DNA of 64,000 nucleotides, taken from the NCBI GenBank assembly GCA_043827405.1, contig JBDRPD010000105.1:51295-115294 (forward strand), written 5' to 3'. Below, piece after piece: positions 18,144 through 27,124 of this stretch. Each line of letters opens with the position of its first letter. The first letter of the stretch is position 1. Position numbers and translations under genes: made by a program. Below the pieces are notes generated by a model. It saw nothing but the letters and a program-made list of their open reading frames with translations. It searched no databases and was not told the origin of the DNA. This DNA comes from Elusimicrobiota bacterium. GTDB taxonomy: Bacteria > Elusimicrobiota > Elusimicrobia > UBA1565.

Positions 18144-19316
18144 TTAATGGGCTTCCTCGTAGTCGGGATGTTCGCGCAAAATAGGCATCCTGCTGACGAT
18201 GAAGCGGTAGACGAGGATGCCGATCGTCACGATGAATACGGATATTCCGATTTCCTTCCAGTGCGGGAAATATCTTTCGCTCGCGGGCAGCTGCCAGTTG
18301 AACGCCAGCCAGGTCATATTGAAGCGGTTGACGACGATTCCCAGCACTGTTATGACCGCGGAGATCCTGATAAGTTTGAGGTTTCTCTCGCGATAGCCCA
18401 TGGTAAAAAGAGCGCACGGTAAAAGGATAAAGCCGAGTATTTCCACGAGGAACCACAGGCCGTATGGAGTGAAAAGGAGATCCCAATGGTTTCCCTCCGC
18501 CACGCCGATGATCTTGATCGCGAAATAGACGGCCAGGACCATGGCGGAAGCCTTGCCGAAACCCAGAGTTAAGCGATCGAAGTCTTTGTGATGTCCCGCA
18601 TCAATCTGCTTCCCGAAATACTTATGTGAGAGTACTCCTTCAAATAGAACCATGGACAGGCCCGCGGCGATACTGGAGACGAAGAAAAACACCGGTATAT
18701 AGCGCGAATACCAAAGCGGATGCAGTTTCGTCGGCGCGATGAGGAGCATGGCGCCCAGCGAGGACTGATGCAGTGTCGATAGGACGACGCCGAGGATCGT
18801 GAGGGCTATGGTGAGCTTCACGACGATATTGCGGATCTTCTTGAATCCCAGCCATTCCAGCGGGGCCGGCGAGAATTCCAAAAACAGGACCGTCAGGTAC
18901 ATCGCCACGCAGGCGCCGACTTCGAACATTACGGAGGTGACGCCCCAGCCGAAGATAAAAGGGTAGGGCAGGCGCCACGGGCGCCCCACGTCGTAATGGA
19001 GGGCGAAGACGACCAGCGCGTAGCCTAAAAACCCGGTAAGGACCGCCGGCCGCACGGCGAAGTGATACTTTTTCTGGCCGAAGATATATACCGCCGCCGA
19101 GGTTACGTATCCGCCGGCGGCCAGTGCGACTCCGGTGTATAAGTCGAAGGAAATCCATACCCCCCAAGGGTTATTGTCGGAAAGGTTGGTTACGGCAGCC
19201 AGCCCTCCGGTAAAACGCTGGAAGGTCAGATAGGTGCCCAGCAGCAGGATTAATCCCGCGATAATATTAAACGGAGTGAGTAGGGATTTATCTGCGGCTC
19301 CGTTCTCTTCGGACAT
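18144..19316 (-). CDS. hmcC: HmcC, NrfD/HybB-family membrane subunit
   Basis: TNLSDNNPWGVWISFDLYTGVALAAGGY, DVGRPWRL and LSTLHQSSLG. Confidence 0.88.
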   Translation of the reverse strand: MSEENGAADKSLLTPFNIIAGLILLLGTYLTFQRFTGGLAAVTNLSDNNPWGVWISFDLYTGVALAAGGYVTSAAVYIFGQKKYHFAVRPAVLTGFLGYALVVFALHYDVGRPWRLPYPFIFGWGVTSVMFEVGACVAMYLTVLFLEFSPAPLEWLGFKKIRNIVVKLTIALTILGVVLSTLHQSSLGAMLLIAPTKLHPLWYSRYIPVFFFVSSIAAGLSMVLFEGVLSHKYFGKQIDAGHHKDFDRLTLGFGKASAMVLAVYFAIKIIGVAEGNHWDLLFTPYGLWFLVEILGFILLPCALFTMGYRERNLKLIRISAVITVLGIVVNRFNMTWLAFNWQLPASERYFPHWKEIGISVFIVTIGILVYRFIVSRMPILREHPDYEEAH

Positions 19317-20371
19317 CAGGACTTCTCCTCAGGCTTGGTCTGCTCGCTCAAAGCTTTCTTCACCGCTGTTTCGACCGCCTTGTCCTTCTCTCTTTTAAAC
19401 CTTTCCGCGGCGTCGGCGGCTTTTTTCGCTTCCTCATTCTTGGTTTCAGTGATGGCGCCGGCGACGGCCTCTTTTTTCTCGGCGCTGCTTTCTTTATCCT
19501 TCGTGTCGTTGATCGCGTAGACGCCGGTCAAAAACGCCAGCCAGAGCGGGACGACGACCGGCACAGCGCTTAGCGCTCCATGGGTATATTCCGCATGCGG
19601 TGTCGTGCCCAGTTTCGGCAGGCCGAGTTTATCGAACGGCACCTCGGCCAAGTATATCCAGCTGGTGCCCCCCATTTCGTGCTCGCCGTAGACCTGATTG
19701 ATATAGCGTTCCGGGTGCTTTTTTATGCGTTCATGAGCGATCTCGATAAGGTCTGTCCGCTTGCCGAAGGTGAGGGCGTCGACGGGGCAGGTATCAACGC
19801 AGCCGGGACGCTTTCCCTCCTTGAGCCGGGGGAGGCACATGGTGCACTTGTGCATCCGCGGGTTCCATTCGTGGTACTCGTAGGCCGGGATGTAGAAGGG
19901 GCAGGCCAGCATGCAGTAACGGCAGCCGACGCAAAGATCCGGGTCGTAGTCGACCGGGCCTTTCGGCGTCTTGGTGAAGGCGCTGACAAAGCAGGCCGAA
20001 GCGCAGGCGGGCTCCATGCAGTGGCTGCATTGGGATTTTCGGTAGGCGGTAATAAGCTTCTTGCTGCCGTCGGCCGCGGCTTTCTCCACCTCATACTTGT
20101 TGACGACGGTGAACGTCTTGTAGTCCGTTCGGCGCTTCTGGGCCAGCACCTGGGTGTCCTTGAACGGCGTTTTGGGGGCGGGCAGTTTATTAACCTCGTT
20201 GCAGGCGGCCTCGCATGAGCGGCAGCCGGTGCAGCGTGTGGTATCGTGCAGGACGCCGAAGCCGTCGGGGTGCCCCTTGAACTCCTGCATCGCCCGGATG
20301 GATTTGGGGACGGTCAGGCTGGCCCCCGCGGCGCCCAGCACCCCTAAGAATTTTTTGCGTGATATCCCCAT
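19316..20371 (-). CDS. hmcB: HmcB periplasmic 4Fe-4S protein (HybA family)
   Basis: Tat-like SRKKFL; four CxxC-type cluster motifs; C-terminal TM and charged tail. Confidence 0.88.
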   Translation of the reverse strand: MGISRKKFLGVLGAAGASLTVPKSIRAMQEFKGHPDGFGVLHDTTRCTGCRSCEAACNEVNKLPAPKTPFKDTQVLAQKRRTDYKTFTVVNKYEVEKAAADGSKKLITAYRKSQCSHCMEPACASACFVSAFTKTPKGPVDYDPDLCVGCRYCMLACPFYIPAYEYHEWNPRMHKCTMCLPRLKEGKRPGCVDTCPVDALTFGKRTDLIEIAHERIKKHPERYINQVYGEHEMGGTSWIYLAEVPFDKLGLPKLGTTPHAEYTHGALSAVPVVVPLWLAFLTGVYAINDTKDKESSAEKKEAVAGAITETKNEEAKKAADAAERFKREKDKAVETAVKKALSEQTKPEEKS

Positions 20372-20385
20372 CAAAGTCCCTCTTG

Positions 20386-21711
20386 TCAGCTCTCCGGTAT
20401 CTCCATCGCATCAACGAGAAGATCGCTGATAAACTTGGTATGCATGCCGAGCTTGTAATGGCCGATGATGTCCTCAAGGCCGCTGTGGCAGTTATGGCAT
20501 GGAGTGACGACGATGCCCGCGCCGGTTCGCGCCAGCTGCTCGGCTTTGACCTTATTGCTCAGCATGCGCGACTTCTTCCATATCGGGCCGCAGTTGATGA
20601 TGCCGCCGCCGGCCGCGCAGCAGTAGTTGTGCTCCTGGTTCGGATTTACATCGATGAAATTCTCGCATAGGGCGTGCATGACGTCGCGCAGCTTGTAGCC
20701 CAGCCCGCGTCCGCGTACGGTGTTGCATGGATCCTGCAGGGTAACTAGAGGTTCGTATTTCTGTTTAATTTTAATCCTGCCGCTGGTGATGAGGTCATGG
20801 TAGAACTCTATGGCATGGACCATGGGTATGGGAGGATACTGCCAGCCGAGCGAGCGGGGTCCGTCGTATACCGCGCCGCGGAAAGCATGTCCGCATTCGC
20901 CCATGACGATCTTCTTGACCTTTAGCCGGGCGGCGGTCTCCCAGTGCAGGCGTTCGACCCGCCCCATGATCTCGAAATCCCCGGAGTACATGGCCATATT
21001 GCTGTTGTCCCAGCCGTCGGTGGCGGGCATGGTCCAGTCGAGCTCCGCGACCTTCATGATCTTGGCGATGTTGCCGAGGAGCTGCGCCAGGATTTTCGGT
21101 TCGGGGCCGATTACCGAATACATGATATCCGCACCCTCTTTTTCCAAAGGTATTACAGCTCCCGGCAGCTCCATCTCGGCCTCGTCCGCCTGCCATTGCA
21201 GGGTATCGATCCATTCATCCTGCTGCACCCACATTTGGTTGAAGGTCGCGGCATGGCTGTTTGTCGTGTCCTGAAGATAGAGCGGGACGACGCCTAGGAG
21301 ATTGCAGATCCGGCGTACAATCAGGATGAGGTAGGAGATGTCGATGCCGAACGGGCAGTACATGCTGCAGCGCCGGCAGGTGCCGCATTCAGTGAATGCG
21401 ATCCGGGCCATTTGCCGGACGAACTCAGGGCTGACTTTGCCTTTTCGCTTGACTAATTCCCAAATGGTGTTTTTGACCTTGGCGACGGGCGAGAAAAGCG
21501 GATCACGGTTGCGCGAAATATAGGTATGGCAGGCCTCGGCGCACATGCCGCAGCGGACGCAGGTGTCGAGGTAGACTTGCAGGCGGGTGCCGGTCTCTTT
21601 GTTTAAGACCCGGTTGACGACGCGCTCTATCTTCTCGGGCGTCAGCTTTTTGACGCCTTCGTCGATGCCGGGGTCTGCGACTTTGCTTTCAGCAGTGTCA
21701 AAAATCTTCAA
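20386..21711 (-). CDS. tmcB: TmcB Fe-S/CCG-domain subunit
   Basis: TTG start after GGAGA; LTPEKIERVV...ETG.RL, NSHAATFNQMWVQQDEWIDTLQWQ, GWDNS and CCAAGGG. Confidence 0.85.
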   Translation of the reverse strand: MKIFDTAESKVADPGIDEGVKKLTPEKIERVVNRVLNKETGTRLQVYLDTCVRCGMCAEACHTYISRNRDPLFSPVAKVKNTIWELVKRKGKVSPEFVRQMARIAFTECGTCRRCSMYCPFGIDISYLILIVRRICNLLGVVPLYLQDTTNSHAATFNQMWVQQDEWIDTLQWQADEAEMELPGAVIPLEKEGADIMYSVIGPEPKILAQLLGNIAKIMKVAELDWTMPATDGWDNSNMAMYSGDFEIMGRVERLHWETAARLKVKKIVMGECGHAFRGAVYDGPRSLGWQYPPIPMVHAIEFYHDLITSGRIKIKQKYEPLVTLQDPCNTVRGRGLGYKLRDVMHALCENFIDVNPNQEHNYCCAAGGGIINCGPIWKKSRMLSNKVKAEQLARTGAGIVVTPCHNCHSGLEDIIGHYKLGMHTKFISDLLVDAMEIPES

Positions 21712-21737
21712 GGTCTTTCTCCGCGCATGGAATCTCT

Positions 21738-22385
21738 CTACCAGTCTCTCGCGCTGCGGACGAGTCCGAATTCGCACCCCATATAGGCGCGCGTGAACGG
21801 AAAGAACAGCATATGGCTGATCCGCGAGAACGGGACGGCGACGAGCCAGATCGCACCGCACCACATATGCAGGAGCATTATGGTTTGGTAGTTAAAAATC
21901 TGATAGTACGCGAGGACCCCCGTAACGAACGGGGCCAGGACGATGGCGATGAAGATGTAGTCCGTGAAAGAGGTGACGAAGCGGACTGTCGGGTTGACGA
22001 TTCGCCGCAGCAGCAGAAGCAGGCCGATGACAACGGCTGTGATGGCGAGGACGTTGGAAAGTCCGTCGGGGAAGCACCGCCAGCTGATCCCCCAAGACTC
22101 CTGCCAGAGGACGTTGTGGCCCAGGAGAAAAACCGGAGTCGCCAGCAGGCAAAAGTGGAAGGTGAAGGTCATGACCGTCATGGCGGGCTGCAGGCGCCAT
22201 GATTTGGTCGCGAACGGAACGACCCAGTGCAGGATGGAGCGTAATCCGAAATGCAGGTCCATATACGGCAGGACGGTTTTTTCCTTTTTGGCTCCGGAGA
22301 TCATGGCGGCAATGCGATAGATGCTGCCGCCGATGGAAATGACGAAGGCGATCCAGAGCAGCGGGCCGCGGGCGAATTCTTGCAT
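21738..22385 (-). CDS. tmcC: TmcC diheme cytochrome b anchor
   Basis: EFARGPLLW, GLRSILHW..PFAT; four His ligands (FH..GH, LH..ISH); RAYMGCEFG...RDW. Confidence 0.85.
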   Translation of the reverse strand: MQEFARGPLLWIAFVISIGGSIYRIAAMISGAKKEKTVLPYMDLHFGLRSILHWVVPFATKSWRLQPAMTVMTFTFHFCLLATPVFLLGHNVLWQESWGISWRCFPDGLSNVLAITAVVIGLLLLLRRIVNPTVRFVTSFTDYIFIAIVLAPFVTGVLAYYQIFNYQTIMLLHMWCGAIWLVAVPFSRISHMLFFPFTRAYMGCEFGLVRSARDW

Positions 22386-22389
22386 ATTC

Positions 22390-23631
22390 TTATTGGCTCC
22401 TTGCGACCTCTCTTACGTATTTCCCGTTCTCGATGTAGCGGAGCAGCAGGCTGTCCCCTCGGGGGCTGAAGACAGGCTCCCAGAGTCTTTCATAGCTATT
22501 GTCCCGCAATTCACCGTCAACGACGAGATGAAACCGGCCGTCCTTTTCCGCCTTGGCGGCTACATGCTTCCCGCAGGGACTGAACACCGGGTCCCATATC
22601 ATGTCGAATGTCTCCGCCCAGGCCTTTCCGTCGACTGCGATCGACCAGACATCGTTGTGCTTGACAATGGCGGCGACGCTCCGGCCGTCCGGCGAAAAGA
22701 CGGGCGCCAATACCATGTCGCTGAAAAGTTTCTCCCAGGGGTGATCGTCGACGGCGATCGTCCAGCGTCCGAACTGCGGCGCGACGACCGCCGCAAGCCG
22801 TGAGCCGTCGGGACTGAACCTGGCTTGCCAGAGCTGCCCGTAGCCCCCCCAGATCGGCCGGCCGTCTTCGGCCAGCGTCCACTTGCCTTGGTGCTTTACC
22901 GGCGCGATGGCCGACGAGTCGTCGGGCCTGAAGAGGGGTTCCCATACGCCGCCGAAGCTCTCAGACCAGGGCTGATCGTCCGCGGCCGCGGAATATTCGC
23001 AGATGCCGGTCCGAATCTCGACTGCGACTTTCGAGCTGTTCGGGCTGAAGACCGGCTTCCAGGTATTGACGTATTTCCTGTCCCAGACGCTTCCGTCCAT
23101 CGCCACGGACCAGACGCCTTTGAAGAAGCCGGGAACATCGGCTTCTTTAAGCGCTTCGACCTGCACGGTGGCTGCGGTGCGCTTTCCGTCGGGGCTAATG
23201 CAGTAGTCGCGAATTGATAGAAAGCCGGTATCCCAGGGTTTGCCGTTGAGCGCGATCCCATACATGTCGTCGCGCTTGTAGATGACGGCGAGGCCTTCGC
23301 CGTTGGCGCTCAGTTTTGGCTCCCAGGCGTATTCGAACTTTTCCGTCCACGGTTCCTTATCGACGGCCAGAGTCCATTGATCCTCGGCCTTAACCAGCGC
23401 GATCAGCTTGCCGTTGGGCAGATACTTCAGGTTCCAGAGCATTTCGTAGGAACCGGGCCAGAACTCGCCGTTGACCCAGGCGGTGAATTCGCCGTCCTCA
23501 TTCTTTACCGTCGCCGCGATATGTTCTCCGTCGGGGCTAACGACAAACTGCTGGATCTTAGGGTGTTCCTTCAGGGCCTTGCCGACATCGGCGATGATGT
23601 TTTTTTCGCGGTTCCAGTTCCAGTCTTCCAT
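22390..23631 (-). CDS. tmcD: TmcD Trp-rich beta-propeller subunit
   Basis: Repeated W.P.FSPDG..AA.V....W..AVDG..W units; adjacent to tmcC. Confidence 0.82.
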   Translation of the reverse strand: MEDWNWNREKNIIADVGKALKEHPKIQQFVVSPDGEHIAATVKNEDGEFTAWVNGEFWPGSYEMLWNLKYLPNGKLIALVKAEDQWTLAVDKEPWTEKFEYAWEPKLSANGEGLAVIYKRDDMYGIALNGKPWDTGFLSIRDYCISPDGKRTAATVQVEALKEADVPGFFKGVWSVAMDGSVWDRKYVNTWKPVFSPNSSKVAVEIRTGICEYSAAADDQPWSESFGGVWEPLFRPDDSSAIAPVKHQGKWTLAEDGRPIWGGYGQLWQARFSPDGSRLAAVVAPQFGRWTIAVDDHPWEKLFSDMVLAPVFSPDGRSVAAIVKHNDVWSIAVDGKAWAETFDMIWDPVFSPCGKHVAAKAEKDGRFHLVVDGELRDNSYERLWEPVFSPRGDSLLLRYIENGKYVREVARSQ

Positions 23632-23634
23632 GGG

Positions 23635-24165
23635 TTATATCGCGCCGGGGGGCGGAGTCTCCTCTTCCTCTAGAATACTTTTCGCTGTTATGTACAAGTC
23701 TTCCGCACGGGAGCGGTCCGATATCAGGCGCTTGATATCGTTGGTACGGCGGGAGCCGAGCCGATAGACGACGCAGCTGCGGCATTCGTTTCCTTTGGGG
23801 CTGCAGTTGCCTCCACGGATCATCCAGCAGGGCTTCGCGGTGTCGGTTTTCGCGGCGCAGCTGCTGCGCTTGGTCTTCGAGCAGCGTACCAGATCCCAGC
23901 ACGGCAGCAAGGCTTGCAGCCTACGGATGCCTTCCATGTTCATCCCTTGGTCCTTGATCATGTGCTGGATCGTCTTGACGCGCGCGATGTCCTCGCGGGA
24001 GAAAAGGCGGTGGCCCGACGGCATGCGGTGCGGGATAAGGAGCCCCTCCACTTCGTAATTTCTAATCGATGATACGGAAACGCCTGTTTTTTCCGCCAAA
24101 GTGCCGATCGATAGGAGGGGTTCTGAGAGTTCGGCGTGAGGATCGGCCATGTGAAATACTATCAT
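23635..24165 (-). CDS. MerR-family regulator with a 7-Cys (two CW) C-terminal domain; alternative start 24150
   Basis: SIGTLAEKTGVSVSSIRNYE.EGLL; PCW...C...C...PCW...C...CRSC. Confidence 0.88.
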   Translation of the reverse strand: MIVFHMADPHAELSEPLLSIGTLAEKTGVSVSSIRNYEVEGLLIPHRMPSGHRLFSREDIARVKTIQHMIKDQGMNMEGIRRLQALLPCWDLVRCSKTKRSSCAAKTDTAKPCWMIRGGNCSPKGNECRSCVVYRLGSRRTNDIKRLISDRSRAEDLYITAKSILEEEETPPPGAI

Positions 24166-24282
24166 AAGCAGTAGAGTAAATCTACAAAGCAGGACATAGA
24201 TATTATGCAGCCGGCATGGGATATCCTGATATCAGAGTATAGATGCCGGATGCGGCGGCGTGAACGAGGGACTGCAGAGTAC

Positions 24283-24786
24283 TTAGTCGGACAGGAGCTT
24301 GAGGACCTTCTTTAGCTTCTTGTCATCAGCTGTTTTGAGCCGGTCCTGGATTTGCTCCCGTAGGCCGTGCTCTTCGCCGCTCGTCGGCAAGCCGAGGGAC
24401 TTCCGAATGGCGCTAATGTATGCCGGCGGTTTGACCGGCTTTTCCAGGAAGGTGATGGGGTTATTCTTGGCTTCCTGCTGCAGTTCGCGCAGGCTATCGC
24501 TGCCGAACTCATCCTTGCCGTGCGCGGTAACGACGACGACGGGGATGTCTTTCCGGTCCTTGTTTTTCTGTATATACCGGTAGAACTTCAAGCCGGACAT
24601 TTTCGGCATGACGAGGTCGAGCGAAATCGCGTCGGGCTTCTTTTCGGTCATGCGCTCGAGCGCCTGCTTGCCGTTGCTCGCGACCATGACGTCGAATCCC
24701 GCGTCTTCTAGGATCGTTCGCAGATAGAGCTGCACATCCGGCTCATCGTCCACGATTAAAATGGTCTTGTCGCTCGTGTCGCTCAT
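24283..24786 (-). CDS. Response regulator receiver with a short C-terminal helix
   Basis: ILIVDDE, LDLVMP, EKP; ATG after GGAGG. Confidence 0.88.
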   Translation of the reverse strand: MSDTSDKTILIVDDEPDVQLYLRTILEDAGFDVMVASNGKQALERMTEKKPDAISLDLVMPKMSGLKFYRYIQKNKDRKDIPVVVVTAHGKDEFGSDSLRELQQEAKNNPITFLEKPVKPPAYISAIRKSLGLPTSGEEHGLREQIQDRLKTADDKKLKKVLKLLSD

Positions 24787-24799
24787 GATATCCTCCAAC

Positions 24800-26257
24800 T
24801 TATTTCCCCGTTTGTTTGGGGAGCCGCTTACGGGGGAACTCAAGGGTGAAAACCGAGCCGCCGCCGTCAGCTGTTTCTACGGTAATTTCACCGCCATGCT
24901 GTGATACGATCTTTCGGGTGACGAGAAGTCCGAGCCCCGTACCTTGCCCGGAGCCTTTGGTCGTAAAAAAATTTGTGAAGATCTTCTTCTTCACTTCGTA
25001 ATCCATTCCGCAGCCGTTGTCTTCGACCCGGTAATAGATTGTATCGTTCCTTTCCCGGCATGACAATACTACTTTTAGCTTCTTTTTATCGCTCACGAGG
25101 CAGGCGTCGATCGCGTTCGATACGAGGTTGGCCAGCGAAGTGTGAATCCCTTCGGCGTCCAAGGAGGCTTTCTTCAGCGCTTGCGGATAATCTCCCGTCA
25201 AAGTGATCCCGGAGCGCTTAGCCGTTTCTTCATACAGCGATACGACTTCCTCGGCAATCTTTACGGGATCTACCTGCCGGACGGTGGGCTCCGTGCCCTT
25301 GGCGAAGCTTAGGAACTCCGCGACGAAGGAAGATATCTTTGTGATATTGCTTTCAAGCATCTTCCATCCTTCCTTCGTCAGGGTTTGGTCATCTCGTTTA
25401 AGGCCGGAATTGACGACGTACATCCCTCCCTCGAGGCCCATAATAATGTTCTTGATGCCGTGCGACAGCCCGGCGACCGTTTGCCCCACGGCAGCAAGCC
25501 GCTCTGCTTCCAGCTTCTCGTGCTCCGCCTTTTCAAGCTTGGTCTTTAGATCCAGGACTTCGGAGACGTCGTGCGCGATCTCGATGACGCTGGCGATGCC
25601 GTCGCCGTCCCGCCGCAGGGGCGCCGTCGTTACCATGTAGTGCGATTTCTTCCCCTTCCTGTCGATGCCTTCCTGCAGCGTGCTGTGCGTTTCTCCGGTC
25701 TCGAAGGCTTTGATCGAGGGGCAGTTCGCGCAGGGGTTCGCGCTCGCTTTATACATCTCGTAGCAGTGGGTCTTGCCCTTCCTGCCGAACTTGTCGTCAA
25801 AAAATTTATTGGACTTGATTATCTTGAGATTGCGGTCAATGACGGTGATGTAGCATGGGACATTCTCGAGTAGAAAACTGTGTTCCTGGGCCATGGCCAC
25901 GCGTTCTGAGACATCGCTGGACATCTCGACCACGAACGGGATCCCGCCCTTATCGTCTCGGAGCGGGAAGAAACGGACGCGGTAGTACGTCGCTCCCCCG
26001 TTCTTACTTGTGCCTTGCTCTTCGGAAGTTCGAACTTCTCCGCTCTCGAATGTCGCGAGCGCCGGGCACTTGGAGCACTGCCGTTTTCTTTTTTTGTAAA
26101 CCTGGTAGCATTTCTTCCCCTGCCAAGGGCCGTAGGTAGCCTCGAAAAGAGCGTTTGCCTTGATGATGTTGAATCCCTTATCGATTACGGCGATCTGCAT
26201 CGGGACCTGATCGAATAGACCCTCCTGAATCCAGTCGCTAATGCGGGACGGGGTCAT
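24800..26257 (-). CDS. Cytoplasmic two-PAS sensor histidine kinase
   Basis: Two Cx10CxxCP PAS domains; H-box GLSHGIKN; NLVSNA, DNGCG and GTGLGL. Confidence 0.9.
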   Translation of the reverse strand: MTPSRISDWIQEGLFDQVPMQIAVIDKGFNIIKANALFEATYGPWQGKKCYQVYKKRKRQCSKCPALATFESGEVRTSEEQGTSKNGGATYYRVRFFPLRDDKGGIPFVVEMSSDVSERVAMAQEHSFLLENVPCYITVIDRNLKIIKSNKFFDDKFGRKGKTHCYEMYKASANPCANCPSIKAFETGETHSTLQEGIDRKGKKSHYMVTTAPLRRDGDGIASVIEIAHDVSEVLDLKTKLEKAEHEKLEAERLAAVGQTVAGLSHGIKNIIMGLEGGMYVVNSGLKRDDQTLTKEGWKMLESNITKISSFVAEFLSFAKGTEPTVRQVDPVKIAEEVVSLYEETAKRSGITLTGDYPQALKKASLDAEGIHTSLANLVSNAIDACLVSDKKKLKVVLSCRERNDTIYYRVEDNGCGMDYEVKKKIFTNFFTTKGSGQGTGLGLLVTRKIVSQHGGEITVETADGGGSVFTLEFPRKRLPKQTGK

Positions 26258-26661
26258 CGGCGGTCTCCGCGGGCGAATACTGAATCCAGGAAATCAATAA
26301 ACCGTTTGACATCGATGGGCTTTTCAAAAAAGGCTTCCGGTTCGGGGATGTCCGGGTCCGGCAGATGCCTTCTGAAGTCCTGCTTGAAGCCGTAGGCGAT
26401 GCCGCCGATGCCGCTGATGATGGCAATGGGGATGTCCTTGGTGACTTCATTCCTCTTTAGGTCTTTATACAGCGAAAGCCCCGATCTTTTCGGCATCATG
26501 ATATCCAGGCAGATTAGGCCGGCGTGTTCCTTCTTGGCCAAGGCCAAGCCTTCGAATGGGTCGGAGGTGGATATCGCTTCGTACCCGTTGTCCTGCAGCA
26601 GCGTGGTCAGATAGAGCAGGATATGGGCTTCGTCGTCGACGAGCAGGACTTTTCGGCTCAC
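26254..26661 (-). CDS. Single-domain response regulator
   Basis: LLVDDE, LDIMMP, EKP. Confidence 0.88.
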   Translation of the reverse strand: MSRKVLLVDDEAHILLYLTTLLQDNGYEAISTSDPFEGLALAKKEHAGLICLDIMMPKRSGLSLYKDLKRNEVTKDIPIAIISGIGGIAYGFKQDFRRHLPDPDIPEPEAFFEKPIDVKRFIDFLDSVFARGDRR

Positions 26662-26724
26662 AGTACACTCCGCGACCGCGGGCGGGCTAAAGCGGCCGGA
26701 TTCAGCATCCTAACAGAGTCCGTA

Positions 26725-27114
26725 TCAGCCGATCAAGTCTTTAATTGTTTTAACCAATGCGTCACGGTCAATGGGCTTGGGTATGAAGCCGTCTGGAGGC
26801 GGTACCTTCTTCCGGCTGGAGATGAACTTCTTGAAGCTCTCGGGATCATTGGCGTAGCCGGTGACCGCGGTCACGACGACGATGGGAATGTCCTTGAGCG
26901 AATCATCTTCTCTGAAGGCGCGATACGCCTTGATTCCCGACTTCTCCGGCATGGTGATGTCCAGCGTGATCAAGTCCGGTCGGTCCTTGCGGGCCTGATC
27001 AAGCGCATCATCCACCTTGTCGGCGAGGATGGTCGTGTAGCCGTTGTCTTTGAGCAGGGTATCCAGATAGGTCAGGACATCCTTCTCGTCATCGATAACT
27101 AGGATCTTTTTCAT
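26725..27114 (-). CDS. Single-domain response regulator
   Basis: MKKILVIDDE, LDITMP, PKP; ATG after GAGG. Confidence 0.88.
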   Translation of the reverse strand: MKKILVIDDEKDVLTYLDTLLKDNGYTTILADKVDDALDQARKDRPDLITLDITMPEKSGIKAYRAFREDDSLKDIPIVVVTAVTGYANDPESFKKFISSRKKVPPPDGFIPKPIDRDALVKTIKDLIG

Positions 27115-27124
27115 GCGCACCTCT

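Noticed and set aside
21712..21864. tmcB upstream extension
   Set aside because: Overlaps tmcC; an RBS and TTG at 21711 fit better
22390..23631. Periodic sequence resembling a repeat array or CRISPR
   Set aside because: Degenerate protein-level propeller repeats of TmcD; no identical DNA repeats with spacers and no cas genes
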